NCBI GenBank assembly: GCA_050309605.1
Contig: JBNRMN010000020.1
Span: 90,394-154,393 of the forward strand
Source of the DNA: Anaerohalosphaeraceae bacterium
GTDB taxonomy: Bacteria; Planctomycetota; Phycisphaerae; Sedimentisphaerales; Anaerohalosphaeraceae
Length of the DNA: 64,000 nucleotides
Reading direction: 5' to 3'
Part shown: positions 27,366 to 35,487 of the stretch, piece after piece
Position numbering within the stretch: position 1 is the stretch's first letter
How the letters are laid out: each line of letters opens with the position of its first letter
Position numbers and translations under genes: made by a program
Notes under the pieces: generated by a model
The model's input: only the letters and a program-made list of their open reading frames with translations
The model's database searches: none
What the model was told of the DNA's origin: nothing

Positions 27366-27566
27366 TCACACGGCCGTATTCAGTACCCTTCCGGACATCC
27401 CCGCTTGGGCGGTGCGAAGGCCATAGGCACGATCAATCAAACCTTCCATCGCCCTGAACACCGGCGGCTGAACGCCGCACGGCGCCGGCGTATGTGAGCT
27501 GTCATTATCCGGCGCCGACGACGGCGCCGAATCAACGATACGGCATACAACGTACTTTTTCATCAC
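27366..27566 (-). CDS. small hypothetical protein ending GRVLNTAV
   Basis: Converges on the terminator. GGGGG RBS-like run and TTGAAG-N18-TATAAT upstream. Confidence 0.45.
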   Translation of the reverse strand: MMKKYVVCRIVDSAPSSAPDNDSSHTPAPCGVQPPVFRAMEGLIDRAYGLRTAQAGMSGRVLNTAV

Positions 27567-27788
27567 GAACCCCCCGAAAACAGTGTTATCACGTGGCTGC
27601 TTTCATCACACCGGTTATTATACCGCAACAGCCGGCTCTCCTTCAACCGCCGTCCGCTCGGCGTCGTCAATCATCCGATAAAACCGCTCAAGACGAAGAA
27701 AAATCGCTGCTTTTGAAAAAATCACTTGTCAAAAACACGCATCCGGAGTACAAATTTTTTCGATGGCAATTTCCGATCTGAGGCGTTT

Positions 27789-27989
27789 ATGCGACTGTTG
27801 ACAAAATGTCCCGATTGCAGTATCACCCTTGAACTGTCGATTGCGGATGCGGATCGACGCAAGCGCTGCCCGCGCTGCGGAAAGCTGTTTCGTTTGCCCG
27901 ACACCGAGGCGCTGCAAAGTGCGCTGACGCTGCTGCAATCGGCGCAGTGCGATGTGTATGTGGATGAAAAAGGGAACGTCTTCGGATAA
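27789..27989 (+). CDS. small zinc-ribbon protein
   Basis: CPDC...CPRC; GAGG RBS; TTGTCA-N17-TACAAA upstream. Confidence 0.7.
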   Translation: MRLLTKCPDCSITLELSIADADRRKRCPRCGKLFRLPDTEALQSALTLLQSAQCDVYVDEKGNVFG

Positions 27990-27997
27990 CGTCATCA

Positions 27998-28642
27998 ATG
28001 ACTTGCATAGAAATTGACAATCTGAGTGTGTCCTTCAATTCAATCACCCTGTGGCGGGAATTGACGCTGCGAATCGAACACGGCCGACGAGTGCGAATCG
28101 CCGGTCCGAGCGGCTGCGGCAAAAGCACCCTGCTCAAATGCCTGATGGGATTCGTTCCGGACTTTTCCGGCCTGATTCGTATCGACCGGCAGGAACTCAA
28201 CGTCGAGAATGTGTGGACGATACGGCAAAAACTGGCCTATCTGGCGCAGGAACCGGATTTGGGCAGCGGCCCGGTCCTTGCACGCCTGCAGGAACCGTTC
28301 GCTTATCGGCGCAATGCGGGCATTCGCTTCGAGTTCGACCGCTTGTATCACTGGCTGGAGTATTATTATTTGCCTCAAGAGATCTTAAATAAAGACACCG
28401 ACGCTCTGTCCGGCGGCGAAAAACAGCGGCTGGCGGTCATTTTGGCGATTTTACTTCAGCGCACCATTTTTTTGCTGGATGAGCCGGTCTCGGCAATGGA
28501 CACCCGAAGCCGCCGACGTTTTATCGATATGTTCGCCGATCATCCGGAATGGACGGTTTTGTTCATTTCCCATGATGAGTCGCTGGCCGAACTGGCAGAG
28601 GAAACAATTGACCTTTCTGCTGCGAAAGGAGCGGTCCGATGA
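27998..28642 (+). CDS. ABC transporter ATP-binding protein (FetA/YbbL-like)
   Basis: GPSGCGKS, LSGGEKQR, LLDEP, FISHD. Confidence 0.9.
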   Translation: MTCIEIDNLSVSFNSITLWRELTLRIEHGRRVRIAGPSGCGKSTLLKCLMGFVPDFSGLIRIDRQELNVENVWTIRQKLAYLAQEPDLGSGPVLARLQEPFAYRRNAGIRFEFDRLYHWLEYYYLPQEILNKDTDALSGGEKQRLAVILAILLQRTIFLLDEPVSAMDTRSRRRFIDMFADHPEWTVLFISHDESLAELAEETIDLSAAKGAVR

Positions 28643-29424
28643 ACACCGAATCCATCTCTGCATGGGGTATCGTCGCGATGTATGGCCTGCTGGCCATTCC
28701 GTTCGGCGTGCTGCTGTGGGCGCGGCTGCCCATCCTTGGACAGGCGGCGCTGGCAATCGTGCGGATGTCGATACAGCTTGCGTTTGTGGGCGTGTATCTG
28801 GAGGTCGTCTTTCGGCTGAACAACCCCTGGTTGAACCTGCTGTGGCTGGTCGTCATGGTCGCGGTGGCGGACGGGTCGATCCTCAAGGGCTGCGGCCTGA
28901 AACTTCGTCCGCTGGCCGGGCCGTTGTTTATCGCCCTGATTGCCGGCACGGCACTGCCGCTGTTTTATTTTATGGCGTTTATTCTGCGCCGTTCCAACCT
29001 GCTGGACGCGCAATACGCCATCCCCATCGGCGGGATGATCCTCGGCAACTGCCTGCGGGCCGACATCATCGGTATTCGCACGTTTTTTCAGAAGATTCAA
29101 AAAGGCGAAAAGGCCTACTTCCAGCGTCTGGCCGACGGCGCAAGTTTGGCCGAGGCGACCCGGCCCTATCTGACCCACGCCCTGCACGAGGCCATCGCCC
29201 CGACGCTGGCGACGGTAGCCACGATGGGGCTGGTCTCACTGCCGGGGATGATGACCGGCGTGATTCTCGGCGGCGCCGAACCCATGACGGCCATTCTCTA
29301 CCAAATCGCCATTATGATCGCCATCTTCACCGGAACCGCCATCACCATTTTGCTGGGCATCCGGCTTTGTCGAAAAACCGGATTTTCCCGCTGGGGCACG
29401 CTCAACCCCGACATTTTTCGGTAA
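28639..29424 (+). CDS. ABC permease, UPF0014 (FetB/YbbM-like)
   Basis: RMSIQL, IPIGGMILGN, MGLVSLPGMMTGVILGG, YQIAIM. Confidence 0.9.
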   Translation: MNTESISAWGIVAMYGLLAIPFGVLLWARLPILGQAALAIVRMSIQLAFVGVYLEVVFRLNNPWLNLLWLVVMVAVADGSILKGCGLKLRPLAGPLFIALIAGTALPLFYFMAFILRRSNLLDAQYAIPIGGMILGNCLRADIIGIRTFFQKIQKGEKAYFQRLADGASLAEATRPYLTHALHEAIAPTLATVATMGLVSLPGMMTGVILGGAEPMTAILYQIAIMIAIFTGTAITILLGIRLCRKTGFSRWGTLNPDIFR

Positions 29425-29461
29425 ATCAACGCAAGCGTACTACAAATCCTGCAAGAAAAAC

Positions 29462-29490
29462 TTGCAATTGATGCACACTCGACATACATT
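29462..29490 (+). promoter_or_regulatory. candidate sigma-70 promoter overlapped by two palindromes
   Basis: TTGCAA-N17-TACATT ending 6 nt before ATG 29497. Confidence 0.5.
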
Positions 29491-29496
29491 TTATGT

Positions 29497-30963
29497 ATGA
29501 AAAAACCGACCCTGTCACCGTCTTTTCGCGATTTTTTTGCGCTGGTCGCCGATGCGACCTTCACCAATCCGTTCAGTGCCCATCGAGCCGACATCGATCG
29601 GCGGATGGCCGGGATGCTCAGCGAGACCGACTGGCGCAAGGTCGTCCCGCGGGCCGTCGATCAGATTCGCCGACGTCTGGTGCAGCTCGACAAGGACGGT
29701 CTGTGCCGGATTCAGGACTTCGAACCGGCCGACCGGGAATTGATGGTATATGTGTACTTATTCGACACTTTTCATCGCCTTGCACGGGATTTTGACGACG
29801 TCATCATCCGCCAGCAGCATCGAGGCGATGAGTCAATGACCATTCCCTTTGCCGATGCAGCCCTTGAGTCGCTCAGCCGACGGGGCTTTAGCCCGCCGGA
29901 AGCGGCACGCTATTTTGCCCTGTTTTATCAGATTCGCCGGGCGTTTTTCTTTATCGATACCGGGCTGGTCGGTCCCAGCGACTCTATGCGCAAACTGCGA
30001 ATGGACCTCTGGAATAATATCTTTACACAGGATATCCGCCGATACGAGCGGTATCTCTGGGACAGGATGGAGGATTTTTCGACCCTGCTGGAAGGGCCGA
30101 CCGGCTCAGGCAAAGGCGCCGCGGCCGCGGCCATCGGCAAAAGCGGATTCATCCCCTACGACCCCCAGCGCAAGCGCTTTGCCATCAGCTTTACCCGGAC
30201 GTTTGTTGCAATCAATCTATCCCAATACCCCGAAGGCCTGATCGAATCGGAACTGTTCGGCCACACCAAAGGTGCCTTTACCGGCGCGGTCAACGCGCAC
30301 GAAGGATTGCTCAGCCTGTGCGGGCCGCACGGCTCCATCTTTCTGGACGAAATCGGCGAAATTGATATTCCCATTCAGGTCAAACTACTGAAGGTACTTG
30401 AAGAACGCACCTTCAGCCCGGTCGGCAGCCACGAAAAAATGCGTTTCGGCGGGCGGGTCATCGCCGCGACCAACCGCCCCATCCACACCTTGCGCAGCGA
30501 AGGAAAATTTCGCGATGACTTTTATTATCGTCTGTGCTCGGACTGTATTCGCGTGCCGAGTCTGGCTGAGCGGATTCAGCAAAATCCCGACGAACTGGCC
30601 CATCTGGCCGGCCATTTCGTACAGACCATTCTCGGCAGAGACATCCCCGAATTGACAGCCCGTGTGCTGGAGGTCATCGACAAACGGCTGGGGCACTGCT
30701 ACCACTGGCCCGGCAATGTGCGTGAGCTGGCCCAGTGTATTCGTCGCGTACTGCTCAAAGACGACTACGAAGGCGACCGACTTGAACAGACCAATCACGT
30801 CGAGGCCCTGTGCCAGAAAATGAAAATCGGCTCGGCGACCGCCGACGAAGTCATCACCGACTACCTCAAACGCCTCTACGCTATTCACGGAACCTATGAA
30901 GCAACCGCCCGCGCAGCCGGGCTTGATCGACGCACCGTCAAAAAGAAAATCAGCGAATCCTGA
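29497..30963 (+). CDS. sigma-54-interacting activator with unrecognised N-terminal domain
   Basis: GPTGSGKG, ESELFGHTKGAFTGA, FLDEIGE, WPGNVREL and a C-terminal HTH. Confidence 0.9.
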   Translation: MKKPTLSPSFRDFFALVADATFTNPFSAHRADIDRRMAGMLSETDWRKVVPRAVDQIRRRLVQLDKDGLCRIQDFEPADRELMVYVYLFDTFHRLARDFDDVIIRQQHRGDESMTIPFADAALESLSRRGFSPPEAARYFALFYQIRRAFFFIDTGLVGPSDSMRKLRMDLWNNIFTQDIRRYERYLWDRMEDFSTLLEGPTGSGKGAAAAAIGKSGFIPYDPQRKRFAISFTRTFVAINLSQYPEGLIESELFGHTKGAFTGAVNAHEGLLSLCGPHGSIFLDEIGEIDIPIQVKLLKVLEERTFSPVGSHEKMRFGGRVIAATNRPIHTLRSEGKFRDDFYYRLCSDCIRVPSLAERIQQNPDELAHLAGHFVQTILGRDIPELTARVLEVIDKRLGHCYHWPGNVRELAQCIRRVLLKDDYEGDRLEQTNHVEALCQKMKIGSATADEVITDYLKRLYAIHGTYEATARAAGLDRRTVKKKISES

Positions 30964-31055
30964 GTAATAAGTCTCGTTATATCGTTTTTGAATCGATTCC
31001 TTTTTTGCATTTTAGAACACGATTTCACTCAAAAAATCAATTTTTCTTTTTTTAC

Positions 31056-31085
31056 TGTAACATTTCCCGAATCGCGACCACTATC
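31056..31085 (+). promoter_or_regulatory. candidate ECF-sigma promoter, copy 1
   Basis: TGTAACATTTC-N11-CCACTATC; the same motif and spacing recur at 31597. Confidence 0.65.
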
Positions 31086-31146
31086 CAGGCAGATGGGCCC
31101 ATAAAGGCAATATAAACCCAACAATGTAAATGTAAGCAGAAAGGAA

Positions 31147-31494
31147 ATGACGATGAAGACCAAATGGATGATTCTTGCAGGAATTTTGCTCGTACTGGGA
31201 ATTGTTTTCATCCCGACCGCAACCGCTCAAACCACACCCCGCAGCCAGTCGGCATTTGAAGCGCAAAGCTGCGATTTGGCCGGCGGCCCGCAGGGCAACC
31301 GCCAGGGTATGCAAGATGGTACACGCGGCGAAAATCGCCCGCAAGACGGCCGAGGGCAAGGCCCCCGCGATGGAAGCGGTGCACGCCGCGGAGAACGCCG
31401 AGGCGACTGTCCTCAGGACGGCAGCGGCAACGGCCCGCGCCATGGTCAGCGAGGCGGCCCCCGCGACGGCAGCGGTCCCAACTGCCCGAACTAA
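31147..31494 (+). CDS. secreted Gly/Arg-rich low-complexity repeat protein
   Basis: Signal peptide; repeated (G)P(R/Q)DG(S/R)G units; AAAGGA RBS. Confidence 0.8.
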   Translation: MTMKTKWMILAGILLVLGIVFIPTATAQTTPRSQSAFEAQSCDLAGGPQGNRQGMQDGTRGENRPQDGRGQGPRDGSGARRGERRGDCPQDGSGNGPRHGQRGGPRDGSGPNCPN

Positions 31495-31514
31495 TCAAAC
31501 CATTTAAGACCTCC

Positions 31515-31556
31515 AATAAAAGCCTTGCTGATTGATGATCAGCAAGGCTTTTTATT
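31515..31556. terminator. intrinsic terminator
   Basis: aaaagccttgctgat-tgatg-atcagcaaggctttt perfect stem. Confidence 0.85.
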
Positions 31557-31596
31557 GCGTATTTTCGTCATATTTCCGTATTTTTCCCGGAAATTG

Positions 31597-31626
31597 TGTA
31601 ACATTTCATCCCATTCTTCCACTGTC
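31597..31626 (+). promoter_or_regulatory. candidate ECF-sigma promoter, copy 2
   Basis: TGTAACATTTC-N11-CCACTGTC. Confidence 0.65.
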
Positions 31627-31664
31627 TTAATAGAGATATGAACCTTAAATGAAAGGGGACAAAG

Positions 31665-32615
31665 ATGAAGACAAAATGGATTACAATGACAGCAATTCTG
31701 GCGGTCGTGTTTGTCGCATTGCCTGTTTTTGCCCAGGAAGAGCAACCGGTCGAACGGGCACGCCGACAAGACCGCCCTGCTTTGGCTGAACAAAACAATG
31801 ACCCGGAACGCGCGTTTACGCCGCAGGAACGAGCCCTGATTCGGCGGTTCCTTCGCAATCGACAGCAGCAGGATTTCGCCGGACAGCAGCGCGATGAGGG
31901 TCAACCGCCGGCAATGCGGCGCGGCCCAATCGCCGAACCGCGAGAACGACTTGCTGAACGAGCACGACAGCAGGACCGTCCTGCAGTGGCTGAACGAAGC
32001 GACGAAGCCGGTCGCGCATTTACGCCGCAGGAGCGGGCATGGATTCGGCAATTCGTGCGAAATCGTCTGCAGCAGCGAGAGCTTTCCGCTCCGCGCCGTG
32101 CTGAAACGGAGCCTCCGTTCGTCGGACGCGGCGGCACGCCGGGCCAAATCCAGCGTCCGTTTGTCGGTCCTTATGCACGACAGTGCCCTTGCTGTGGTCG
32201 GTTGATGCCTCAGGCGGCGCCGCGTCGGGAGGGGCAGCGCCCGTTTGGGCCGCAGCGGTTTGAAGGACGCAGGCGGTTAATGGCGCCTCAGGCTCAGCCG
32301 TTTGCTCGTCAGGGTTTTTCCGCTCCGATACCACCGGCACGCCGCGATCCTGATGTCGCCGAACGCCCCAACGTGCCGTTCAGGTTCGAGGAACGCCAAC
32401 CCGGCCTGACAGGCGGCTATGGCTTTGGGCCACGGCGATTTGAAGGCGACGATGAAACTCTGCAAAGACCCGCCCCGCGATTCCGGCAAGAGGACGAACC
32501 GATGCAGCGTCCCGGACGCGGCCGCCTGCCGGCTGAACCGCAGGATCAACGGCGTGACGAGGACAGACGCATCGAACAGCCGGCACGCCCCCGGCTCGGC
32601 AGAAATGCTCCCTGA
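31665..32615 (+). CDS. secreted Arg/Gln/Pro-rich protein with a 40-aa internal repeat and CPCCG motif
   Basis: Signal peptide ending VFA-Q; AAAGGGG RBS; duplicated ERARxQDRPA..AFTPQERA unit. Confidence 0.8.
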   Translation: MKTKWITMTAILAVVFVALPVFAQEEQPVERARRQDRPALAEQNNDPERAFTPQERALIRRFLRNRQQQDFAGQQRDEGQPPAMRRGPIAEPRERLAERARQQDRPAVAERSDEAGRAFTPQERAWIRQFVRNRLQQRELSAPRRAETEPPFVGRGGTPGQIQRPFVGPYARQCPCCGRLMPQAAPRREGQRPFGPQRFEGRRRLMAPQAQPFARQGFSAPIPPARRDPDVAERPNVPFRFEERQPGLTGGYGFGPRRFEGDDETLQRPAPRFRQEDEPMQRPGRGRLPAEPQDQRRDEDRRIEQPARPRLGRNAP

Positions 32616-32671
32616 AAACTGAATAGATAACCCGACAGGCCTGTGAATCGTATCCGGGATCTGTTTCCGGG

Positions 32672-32700
32672 TTGCTTTTTCATCGGCTCCCGCGTACACT
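32672..32700 (+). promoter_or_regulatory. candidate sigma-70 promoter (leaderless arrangement)
   Basis: TTGCTT-N17-TACACT ending 6 nt before ATG 32707. Confidence 0.55.
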
Positions 32701-32706
32701 GAAATC

Positions 32707-33375
32707 ATGCGTGCAGAACCGTTTCTTCAATTCGCTTCGGCAGTTCAGCAGGTCCGGCCCTTCGGCGGCTCGGCGGCACTGCGACTGTTCAGCCTGCGGC
32801 ATCACGGCGACCGAGAAACGCTTTGCCCGGCCGATTCTGAGGACATTCGGGACACCCGAAACGGCGACCCCGAAGCCTATCGACGTCTGATTGAACGCCA
32901 TCAATCCGCGGTCAGCAAATTGCTGTGGCGTTTTACGCGAGACCGAAACGACCACGAAGAACTGATACAGCAGGTATTCGTCGAGGCCTATATGAGCCTG
33001 GACCGCTATGCCGGAAAAGCACCGTTTGAACACTGGCTGGCTCGCATCGCAACACGTGTGGGCTATCGGTTCTGGAATCGCCATAAACGCACGCAAACCG
33101 TTGCGGTACCCGATGAACAATGGGACCAGCTTGTTCAGACGCAAAACGACACAATAGACAGCAGAGAAGCGGCTGAACTGGTTCATCGGCTTTTGGCGCA
33201 ACTGCCGCCGCGTGATCGGCTGATCTTGACTCTGCGGTACCTCGAGCAGTGTGATATTGCCCAGACCGCTTATCGGCTCGGCTGGACGCAAACGCGCGTT
33301 CGCGTGCAGGCACATCGGGCAATTCAAAAATTGAAAAAAATGGTGGCAGACAATCATATTGAGCTGGAATTATGA
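32707..33375 (+). CDS. ECF sigma-70 factor
   Basis: GDPEAYRRLIERH, ELIQQVFVEAY, FEHWLARIA, LPPRDRLILTLRY. Confidence 0.92.
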   Translation: MRAEPFLQFASAVQQVRPFGGSAALRLFSLRHHGDRETLCPADSEDIRDTRNGDPEAYRRLIERHQSAVSKLLWRFTRDRNDHEELIQQVFVEAYMSLDRYAGKAPFEHWLARIATRVGYRFWNRHKRTQTVAVPDEQWDQLVQTQNDTIDSREAAELVHRLLAQLPPRDRLILTLRYLEQCDIAQTAYRLGWTQTRVRVQAHRAIQKLKKMVADNHIELEL

Positions 33376-33635
33376 GATATGTAAAACTGAACAATCTGAT
33401 TGAGGCGGCTCGGCGGGAAACCGCCCCCGCGGTGGATGTTGCGGACTCGGTGCTGGCTCATCTGACCGCATCGCGACGGTCGGCGACCGCGATGATCAAC
33501 CGTTCGCTGATGTGGTTCTCAATGGCCTCTTCAGCAGCGGCGGCAGGGATTGTCCTGGCGGTTTTTTTTACAATGAGCCGGCATACCAGCTCGGTCAATG
33601 AAATCATCAATCTGGTCGCATGGGTTGCTCAATGA
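33372..33635 (+). CDS. putative single-TM anti-sigma factor
   Basis: Overlaps the sigma stop; AARRETAPAVDVADSV followed by one TM. Confidence 0.65.
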   Translation: MRYVKLNNLIEAARRETAPAVDVADSVLAHLTASRRSATAMINRSLMWFSMASSAAAAGIVLAVFFTMSRHTSSVNEIINLVAWVAQ

Positions 33636-34264
33636 GTACGCACGAACAGACTTACGTTCCGCGGCAGGCCTATGACCTGCTTAAGTCGATTCTGCTGGGA
33701 CTGGTGATTTTGGCGGCGGGGGTGGTCATCGGTTCGGGAGTGACGTTTCTTATCCTCTCCCATCAGCAAGAGCGTGTCCGTCGGGAGCCTGAGATTTTTG
33801 CTGAGCATCTTCTGGGCCGGCTTGGACGCGAGCTAAATCTTTCTGCCCAACAGCGAGAACGGCTCGATCCCATCCTTCGTGAGCACTTCAAAACACTTCA
33901 CGATATTCGCGCATCCGTACGCCCCCGGATTGTCAGCCAGCTTGAAGAGCTTGACCGCGAAATCATGTCCGTTCTTGATGAACATCAAAAGACGCTCTGG
34001 CAGCAGCAAATCCGGCGTCTTGAAGACCATTTTCCGACTTTCCGTGGTCCCGGTCGCGGTATGGGTCCCGGACCGCAAGACGGCCGCGGACCTGTCCAGC
34101 GAGAGCCGCAGGAACGACGCGGGCCGGGGATGCGCCCCGGCGGCATGGGACAGGGTCAGGGGCAACGGCAGCCATCCGGTATGGGGATGCGCCGCGGCGA
34201 ACGATCGGAACAGCCGGAGCCGAATGATCCTCACCCGACACCGCCCGATACACTGGAATTATAA
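33632..34264 (+). CDS. membrane-anchored Spy/CpxP-like helical periplasmic protein with Gly-rich tail
   Basis: TM; LGRELNLSAQQRERLDPIL and VLDEHQK (LTxxQ-like motifs); ATGA overlap. Confidence 0.7.
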   Translation: MSTHEQTYVPRQAYDLLKSILLGLVILAAGVVIGSGVTFLILSHQQERVRREPEIFAEHLLGRLGRELNLSAQQRERLDPILREHFKTLHDIRASVRPRIVSQLEELDREIMSVLDEHQKTLWQQQIRRLEDHFPTFRGPGRGMGPGPQDGRGPVQREPQERRGPGMRPGGMGQGQGQRQPSGMGMRRGERSEQPEPNDPHPTPPDTLEL

Positions 34265-34268
34265 CAAC

Positions 34269-35198
34269 CTAATCCCGCGCCGGCTGCTCGTGCTGTTCGG
34301 CTATGAATTCGATGATTTCAGCCCAGATTGACTGATACAGGGCAAGATTATCAAAGAACCCTTCGTTGTGGGTGCCCTTCAGTTCAAAAAAACGCTTGGG
34401 GTCATTTGCAGCCTCAAACAGACGGCGGCCCATATCAAAAGGAATCATTTCATCGTCAGGGCTGTGGATGACAACCACGGGGCAGGTGACGGCCTGAATC
34501 GCTTGTTCGGTGTTGTAGGTATAACGGGCAAACCACCGCACCGGCAGCCAGGGATAGAAGTGCGAACCGACATCTACAAACGAGGTAAAGGCACTTTCGA
34601 TGACCAGAGCGGCCGGCGGCGTTTCGGTCAGACGTGCCGCCGCTTGGGCTGCGACCGCCCCGCCGAGCGAACGACCAAACCAAAGGATAGATTCCGAGGA
34701 GATTTGTTTTTCTTCGATCAGCCAGCGGTATGCGGCCAGCGCATCAATGACAGTGCCTTCTTCGGTGGGCGTACCGGTGCTTTGTCCGTAGCCGCGGTAG
34801 TCAAAAATCAGGCAATTCAGCCTCGACTCGTAAAAAATCGCCAGGGTATCGAGGCGGTGGCCGATGTTGCCGGCGTTGCCGTGGCAAAACAGAACCGTCC
34901 CTTCGGCGTTTTGGGCGGGGATATACCAGGCCGCAAGATGTTCGCCGTCGGGTGTGGCAATCCGCACGTCTTCATAGTCCAACCGGATGTCGGCGGGGGT
35001 TGATTCGACGTGACGCCATGGGATGTACAGAAGTTTATGCTGAAAAACAAACAGCAAAATCGCCAATGTCAGATAGACCGCCAGCGCAAGGCCGCCTATA
35101 AACCAAACCGTCGTCATCGCTGACCCTTTCCGCAGCCGCTGCCGGACAAGCCAGACGAGCATAGCCGCGATCAACAGCCACAAGATTGCCCGAACCAT
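34269..35198 (-). CDS. alpha/beta hydrolase, membrane anchored
   Basis: FCHGNAGNI, DYRGYGQS, GRSLG, HSPDDEMIP, GTHN. Confidence 0.9.
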   Translation of the reverse strand: MVRAILWLLIAAMLVWLVRQRLRKGSAMTTVWFIGGLALAVYLTLAILLFVFQHKLLYIPWRHVESTPADIRLDYEDVRIATPDGEHLAAWYIPAQNAEGTVLFCHGNAGNIGHRLDTLAIFYESRLNCLIFDYRGYGQSTGTPTEEGTVIDALAAYRWLIEEKQISSESILWFGRSLGGAVAAQAAARLTETPPAALVIESAFTSFVDVGSHFYPWLPVRWFARYTYNTEQAIQAVTCPVVVIHSPDDEMIPFDMGRRLFEAANDPKRFFELKGTHNEGFFDNLALYQSIWAEIIEFIAEQHEQPARD

Positions 35199-35358
35199 CT
35201 CAAAATCCCTTTTCTGTATCGCCAATTTGCCTCATTGTAGTATGCCGCTGTCGCAATCGCAAGGCGGAAGTGTGGGGCCGCCCTTCGGAGCGACAACAGC
35301 GTGGCACAACAGCGCGGCGGCGCGAGCCGCCCGATGAGGCGTAACGTCGTAGGTGTCG

Positions 35359-35427
35359 CTATCCGGCTCACTTACGCGGCTCGGCTATTGGACTCAGTAC
35401 TATCCGGCTCACTTGCGCGGCTCGGCT
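35359..35427. repeat. two direct copies of a 28-bp REP-like unit
   Basis: ctatccggctcactt(a/g)cgcggctcggct at 35359-35386 and 35400-35427. Confidence 0.8.
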
Positions 35428-35449
35428 TTTGCTTAGAGTATTGCCCTTC

Positions 35450-35478
35450 TTGAAAAGGCGGGCAGTTGGGGTTATAAT
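35450..35478 (+). promoter_or_regulatory. sigma-70 promoter of ispG
   Basis: TTGAAA-N17-TATAAT ending 9 nt before the ATG. Confidence 0.7.
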
Positions 35479-35487
35479 CCAGAAACT

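Noticed and set aside
35359..35427. Possible mini CRISPR array
   Set aside because: Only two units, a 13-bp spacer and no cas genes; treated as REP-like.
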